From an uncultured Armatimonadetes bacterium (GTDB taxonomy: Bacteria > Armatimonadota > UBA5829 > DTJY01), in NCBI GenBank assembly GCA_963717145.1, contig OY970325.1, forward strand, positions 5,024,001 to 5,088,000: 64,000 nucleotides of DNA, given 5' to 3'. Shown in pieces: positions 58,920 to 64,000 of the stretch (positions are counted from its first letter, which is position 1; every line of letters starts with the position of its first letter). The notes under the pieces were generated by a model. The model made no database searches and was not told where the DNA came from. It saw only the letters and a list, made by a program, of their open reading frames with translations. The translations under genes were made by a program, and so were the position numbers.

Positions 58920-59888
58920 CATCTCGGGAGAGGGTCAACGCCGCCATAGAGTTCAGATCGCCGGACATGGTCCCGTTCACTCACGTCTACTTCCCCGGCG
59001 CACTCTGGACCCACGGCTCAGAGGTGATCGAGCTGATGGAGCGCCATCCCGACGACTTCGGCAACCGGGACTTCCGGATTCCTCCCGAGCCGGCAGAGGT
59101 CATCGAAGAATACGCTGACGAATGGGGAACGATCTGGCGTCGAAGCAAGGGCTACTCCGCGGGCGAGGTCATGAAGCCCGCCCTGGAGACGTGGGACCGC
59201 TGGCGGGAATACACCTTCCCACCGGAGGGCCGACCCAATTCGCTTCTGGATCCCGATCGCGATTGGTATGCTTTGACAGGCTGGATCGACCTGTTCGAGC
59301 GGATGCAGTTCCTGCGCGGGACCGAGAACCTGCTCATGGACTTCGCGGAAGCTCGGCCTGAGCTCGACGAACTCGCCGACCGCATAGTTCAGCGAAACCT
59401 GCGGCTCATAGAGGGGTACATACGAGCCGGGGCGGACGGCATCTGGCTCTCGGACGACTGGGGCTCGCAGGACCGATTGCTCATCAATCCGACCCGGTGG
59501 CGGGAGTTCTTCAAGCCGAGATACCGTCGGATGATCGAGCTTATCCGTGACGCGGGGCGGCACGTTTTCTTCCACACCTGCGGCTGGACAGTGGACATCT
59601 GGGACGATCTGATCGAACTTGGTGTGAACGTCATCAACCCGCAGAACACGCTTTTCGAGCGCAAGACTCTGGAGGACAAGCTTGCCGGCAGAATCTGCGT
59701 CTTTGCGGATGCCGACCGCCAACGGGTCATGCCCTTCGGCACACCGGAGGAAGTCCAGGGAATTCGTGAGGAATACGATATCTACGTTAGATCGCTCGGG
59801 GGGCGTCATGCTCCGATTCGAGCTTGAGCCCGTCTGGCCGTATGAGAACATCGAGGCCATGTACGAGGCAATCAAGGAGTTCAGATGA
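58916..59888 (+). CDS. UROD/MtaA-family protein (frameshift near 59760)
   Basis: VTSRERV, DEWG, LRGTEN, DDWGSQ, FHTCG; C-terminus ENIEAMYE in another frame. Confidence 0.8.
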
Positions 59889-61862
59889 GCGCTGCCACGC
59901 CAACACGCCGATTCCGGATGCGGGAGATCACGATCCTGCTGTCGGTCTTCATCGCCATCGGGGTTTTCGGCCTGCTGAACCGCCGGTTCATCGGCATCGA
60001 GCCCGCAACCGCCATCCTGGAGGGCGCATCCACCGACGGCCTGATGGTGATCGGCATGACCATCGTGATCGTCTGCGGCGCGTTCGACATGTCGGTCGGG
60101 TCGCCAGATGGCGCTCTGCGGACTGGTGGCCGCGCTGCTCATGAAGGCAGGAGCGCCCGTGCCGATCGCGGTGCTGTGCGCCCTGCTGACCGGCGTGCTC
60201 GCGGGATGGATCAACGGCACGATCGTCACCAAGCTGAAGATCAACCCCTTCATCACCACTCTCGGCACGATGAGCATCTTCCGCGGCATAGTCCTCGTGG
60301 TCACGAAGAGCAACCCGCCGACCGGATTCCCCGAGAGCTTCCTGAACCTCGCGTGGAGCAAGATACTCGGGATTCCGCTGCCGATAGTCCTTCTGATCGT
60401 CGCGATCATCGTCGGCGACCTGTTCCTCCGCCACCTGCGATACCTCCGGCAGGTCTACTTCGTCGGGAGCAACGAAGAGGCCGCCAAGCTCACCGGCATT
60501 CCGACAGCCAGGGTGAAGACGGTGGCGTTCGTCCTCACCGGATTCCTCGCGGCGTGGCGGGGGTGCTGGTCGCGGCCAGGGCGAATGCGGTCGACCCGAA
60601 CGGCGGCATGGGCGCTGAGTTGCGCGTCATCGCGGCGGTGATCGTCGGCGGCGCGAGCCTCTCCGGCGGGCGCGGCACGATACTCGGCTCGTTCCTCGGC
60701 CTCATGCTGATGCAGATCATCACCACCGGCCTCGTCTTCATCAACGTCGCCCCGGAGGCGCAACTCATCGCGGTCGGCCTCGTGCTGATTCTCGCGGCCG
60801 TCATCGATCAGGTCGGGTCATCGTGGGGCAGCCGCGTCGTCTCGCTGTTAACGACAACCAGGAGCAAGAAAGTGGAAAGAGCGATCAACGTAGTCCTCGT
60901 CCTAGTCATAATCGGCCTCGTGCTCGCCAGGTTCGGCGTAGAGACCGTCCGAAATCCACGGCTCGTCGATGTCAGTGACCAGCAATACGTGATGATCGCC
61001 GCCGCCACCGGCGCGCCGTACTGGATCGACTCGAAGGCCGGTCTCTACGACAAGGCGAAGGAGTTGGGCGTCAAAGCGATCTTCACCGGCCCGCAGACCG
61101 TCGATGTCAACCAGCAGATCGACGCCGTCAACCGCGCGATCGCCCAGCACGTCGATGGCATCATCATGGTCCCGATGGCCGATTCGGTGACGCCGGCGAT
61201 CAACAAGGCCATCGACGCCGGCATACCTGTGGTCTGCGCGGATGCCGATGCCCCGTCGAGCAAGCGATACACCTTCGTCGGAACGGGCAACTACAATGCC
61301 GGGTCGCCAGGTCGGGGAGCTGCTCGCCGAGAAGCTCGACGGCCGAGGCGAAGTCGCGCTGATCTACATCCCCGGCGCGGACAACCTGACTCAGCGGCTG
61401 AACGGCTGCAAGGACGCGCTGAAGAAGTTTCCGGGCATCGAGGTCGTCGCTGTCGGGAACGACCAGGGATCGCTGACCGAGGCCCAGAAGGTCTGCCGGA
61501 CGATCATGCAGGCGCATCCGAAGCTGGCAGGCTTCGGATGCGTCGATGCGGGAGGCGGACAGGGCGCCGCAGTCGCCGTCAAGGAGGCGGGCAAGATCGG
61601 CAAGGTGCACATCATCAGCATGGACCGCGACGAGGCGACATTGCAGTTCATCGATCAGGGCATCATCGATGCGTCGATCGGCCAGCGCACCTACACGATG
61701 TCATACACGGCGCTCCAGCTCGTCTACAACCTGCGAAACGATCAGATCCGCATGGTGGGCGACTGGAAGAAGATCGGCATCAGCCCTCTACCGCCACTGA
61801 TCGACACGGGCACCTTCGTGATCACGAAGGACAACGTCAAGGCGTTCGTGCATCAGCCCTGA
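59885..61862 (+). CDS. RbsC-type sugar ABC permease fused to an RbsB-type binding protein (frameshifted)
   Basis: FDMSVGS, PFITTLG, GSNEEAAKLTGI, AAVIVGGASLSGG continuing in frame to VDGII...GIPVVC.DAD; VGTGNY, MD, IGQ. Confidence 0.8.
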
Positions 61863-61868
61863 GGGGGT

Positions 61869-61971
61869 ACGATGCTTCGGTAGCAGAGGCCTGGCGGCGC
61901 TGCCGAAGCATCGTGGTGTCGTGACATGGTGCTTCGGCAGCGCCGCCAGGCCTCTGCTACCGAAGCATCGT
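61869..61971. repeat. Nested palindromic REP-like doublet
   Basis: TGCTTCGGTAGCAGAGGCCTGGCGGCGCTGCCGAAGCA and its reverse complement. Confidence 0.85.
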
Positions 61972-62128
61972 GGTGCCCCGTGTACCATCAGCGCTAGAGT
62001 CGGTGGGGTTTAGAAAACGGCGATACAGCGCACAATAATCCATGTGATCACCGCACGCACTCTTTGTCGCATCTCGGCAAGCGACCGGCCGCTGAGCCGA
62101 CAACACATGACCAAAGGATGGACGCAGC

Positions 62129-64000
62129 ATGCCTCTCACACGGCGTGATTTCCTCAGAGGAATGGGGGCGACGGTCGGAGGCATAGGGCTGTCATCCGCC
62201 GTCGACCACCTGATTCCATACGTCCATCAGCCCGAAGACCTCGTCCCCGGCACGTCCACATGGTATGCCACCTCCTGCCGCGAATGTCCGGCGGGCTGCG
62301 GCATGCTGGTGCGCACGAGCGACTCCCGCGCGCTGAAGTGCGAGGGCAACCCGGCTCATCCGATAAGCCAGGGACGTCTCTGCGCTCGCGGCCAGGCATC
62401 ACTTCAGGCGTTGTACGACCCCGACAGGGTCGGGTCCCCGATGCATCGGTCGGGTGACGCATTCAACGCGGCGACATGGCCGGAAGCTCTCGAAGGCGTG
62501 AGGACGGCTCTGACGAGTGCCAGGGGAGTGGCATTGGTTTCCGACCTCCAGACTTCGTCGTTACTGACGATCATGCGTCAGTGGTTGTCGGCTCTTGGAT
62601 CGGATCGGCTCTTGATCTATGAGCCGATCGACTACGAGGCCATCAGAGCGACGAATGGCGGTGTCCTGCCGAGTTACGACATCGCCGGCAGCGACTACCT
62701 GCTCTCCTTCGACGCCGACTTCCTGAGCTGTTGGATCTCGCCCGTGGAATACACGCGCGAGTTCACTGCCATGCGCGAGTTGAAGAATGGCAGGCGCTCG
62801 GGCTTCGCGTTTGTGGGACCACGCGTCTCGACGACCGCCGCGAGCGCCGATCGCAGGCTGATTGTGCCGCCCGGCTCCGAGGAATCCGCGGCGAGGGCGA
62901 TTCTGTCGGGGGCGGGACCGGCCGGCTCGCAATTCGACCCCGAGGTGATCCGGAGAATCGCGAGAGACCTCTCGGCCGCGAGATCACCCCTTGCTCTACC
63001 GGGCATCTCGCCCAGTGCGGCGCGTGCTGCCGCACTGGTGAACTCGGCGACTCGGACCCCGCTCGTGGACGCCGGCCGACCTCATGCGCTCACACATGTG
63101 TCCGCCCGCTCGGACATGGATGCGCTGATCAGTGACATGGAAGCGGGCAAGATCGATGTCCTGCTCGTATACGGTGCGAACCCCGTGTACTCCCTCCCGC
63201 AGGCGGCCCGATTCGTGGAGGCTCTGGAGCGAGTGTCGACCGTTGTGAGCCTGTCTAGCTACATGGACGAGACATCCGTGAGGGCGGACTGGATTCTGCC
63301 CTCCAGCACTCCTCTCGAGTCGTGGGGCGACTATGAACCCTATCCCGGAGTCGTCAACGTCATGCAGCCGGTCATGGGGAAGGTCTTCGACACCATGCAG
63401 ACCGGCGATATCCTCATGTCGCTGGCCCGCAAAGCATTCAAGGCATCGAGTTTCTACGAGTTCATCCGTGCGGAAAGAGGGCATCCGCTTGCGCCGGGGG
63501 AGACGGCCGAGACGATTTCCCCGGGCTGGGAGGCCGAGGTCCAGCGAGGCGGTCGGTGGTCCCCCAGGAGCCGTCGGGCATGAGGTCCATGGTTCCCCTC
63601 GCCCCGCCAGTTCTCTCCAATGGAGAGGCGCAAATAGAAGGGATACGCCTCTACGCCTATCCCCACATCTACAGCTATGATGGTCGCAGTGCGAACAAGC
63701 GGTGGCTTCAGGAGTTGCCGGAGCCGCTGGTCAAGGCCGCCTGGGGAACCTGGGCGGAGATGTACCCATCGACCGCTGGGAAACTCGGAGTGAAGACGGA
63801 CGACCTCGTCGAGATCCGGCGGGACGACAACTCGATCCGCGTACCTGTCTACGTCTGGGAGGGAGTCGCGCCTGAGACGATCGCCGTCCCCATGGGGCAG
63901 GGCCACGAGCACTATGGACGCTATGCGAAAGGCATCGGGGTGAATGTGTACCCGCTGCTAGCGGGTCCGGGCGCGGTAGAAGTATCGCCCGCCGGACGCG
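62129..64000 (+). CDS. Tat-exported molybdopterin-oxidoreductase-like subunit (ActB/QrcB-like); frameshift near 63570; runs off window
   Basis: TRRDFL; CRECPAGC; EGNP.HP..G.LCARG; LYDPDR; LESWGD; DGRSAN.RWLQELPEP. Confidence 0.8.

Overview
GC-rich bacterial DNA with five blocks. (1) 1-2.1 kb: the 5' part of a secreted protein gene and a DDE/rve-type IS. (2) 2.2-13 kb: a sulfate assimilation and protein-thiocarboxylate homocysteine operon (TauE/SafE, cysH, cysD, cysN, metY, ThiS, ThiF, JAB protease, sulfite reductase fused to TusA), plus a double-cubane-type reductase and DUF3343. (3) 13-30.6 kb: a multiheme cytochrome island with 53 canonical CxxCH motifs in 7 genes. It holds four OmcS-like hexaheme paralogs that all keep the inter-subunit His of Geobacter nanowire OmcS, plus 4-, 16- and 9(+1)-heme cytochromes, two NHL propellers, a beta-barrel, a CsgG/LpoB-like lipoprotein, resB and a TolB-like protein. 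(4) 31-46.4 kb: a divergent operon encoding an FdhF-like protein that lacks the Cys/Sec-His active-site pair, AsrA/AsrB-like subunits and a group 4 membrane [NiFe]-hydrogenase with hycI and hypAB. (5) 46.4-64 kb: a sulfatase, a sugar-catabolism locus with three UROD/MtaA-family genes, and the start of an ActB/QrcB-like gene. Seven Rex-like operators link blocks 3 and 4. Several REP-like palindrome families fill the intergenic gaps. Clustered frameshifts are probably sequencing indels. All protein calls come from motif recognition; no database searches were run.
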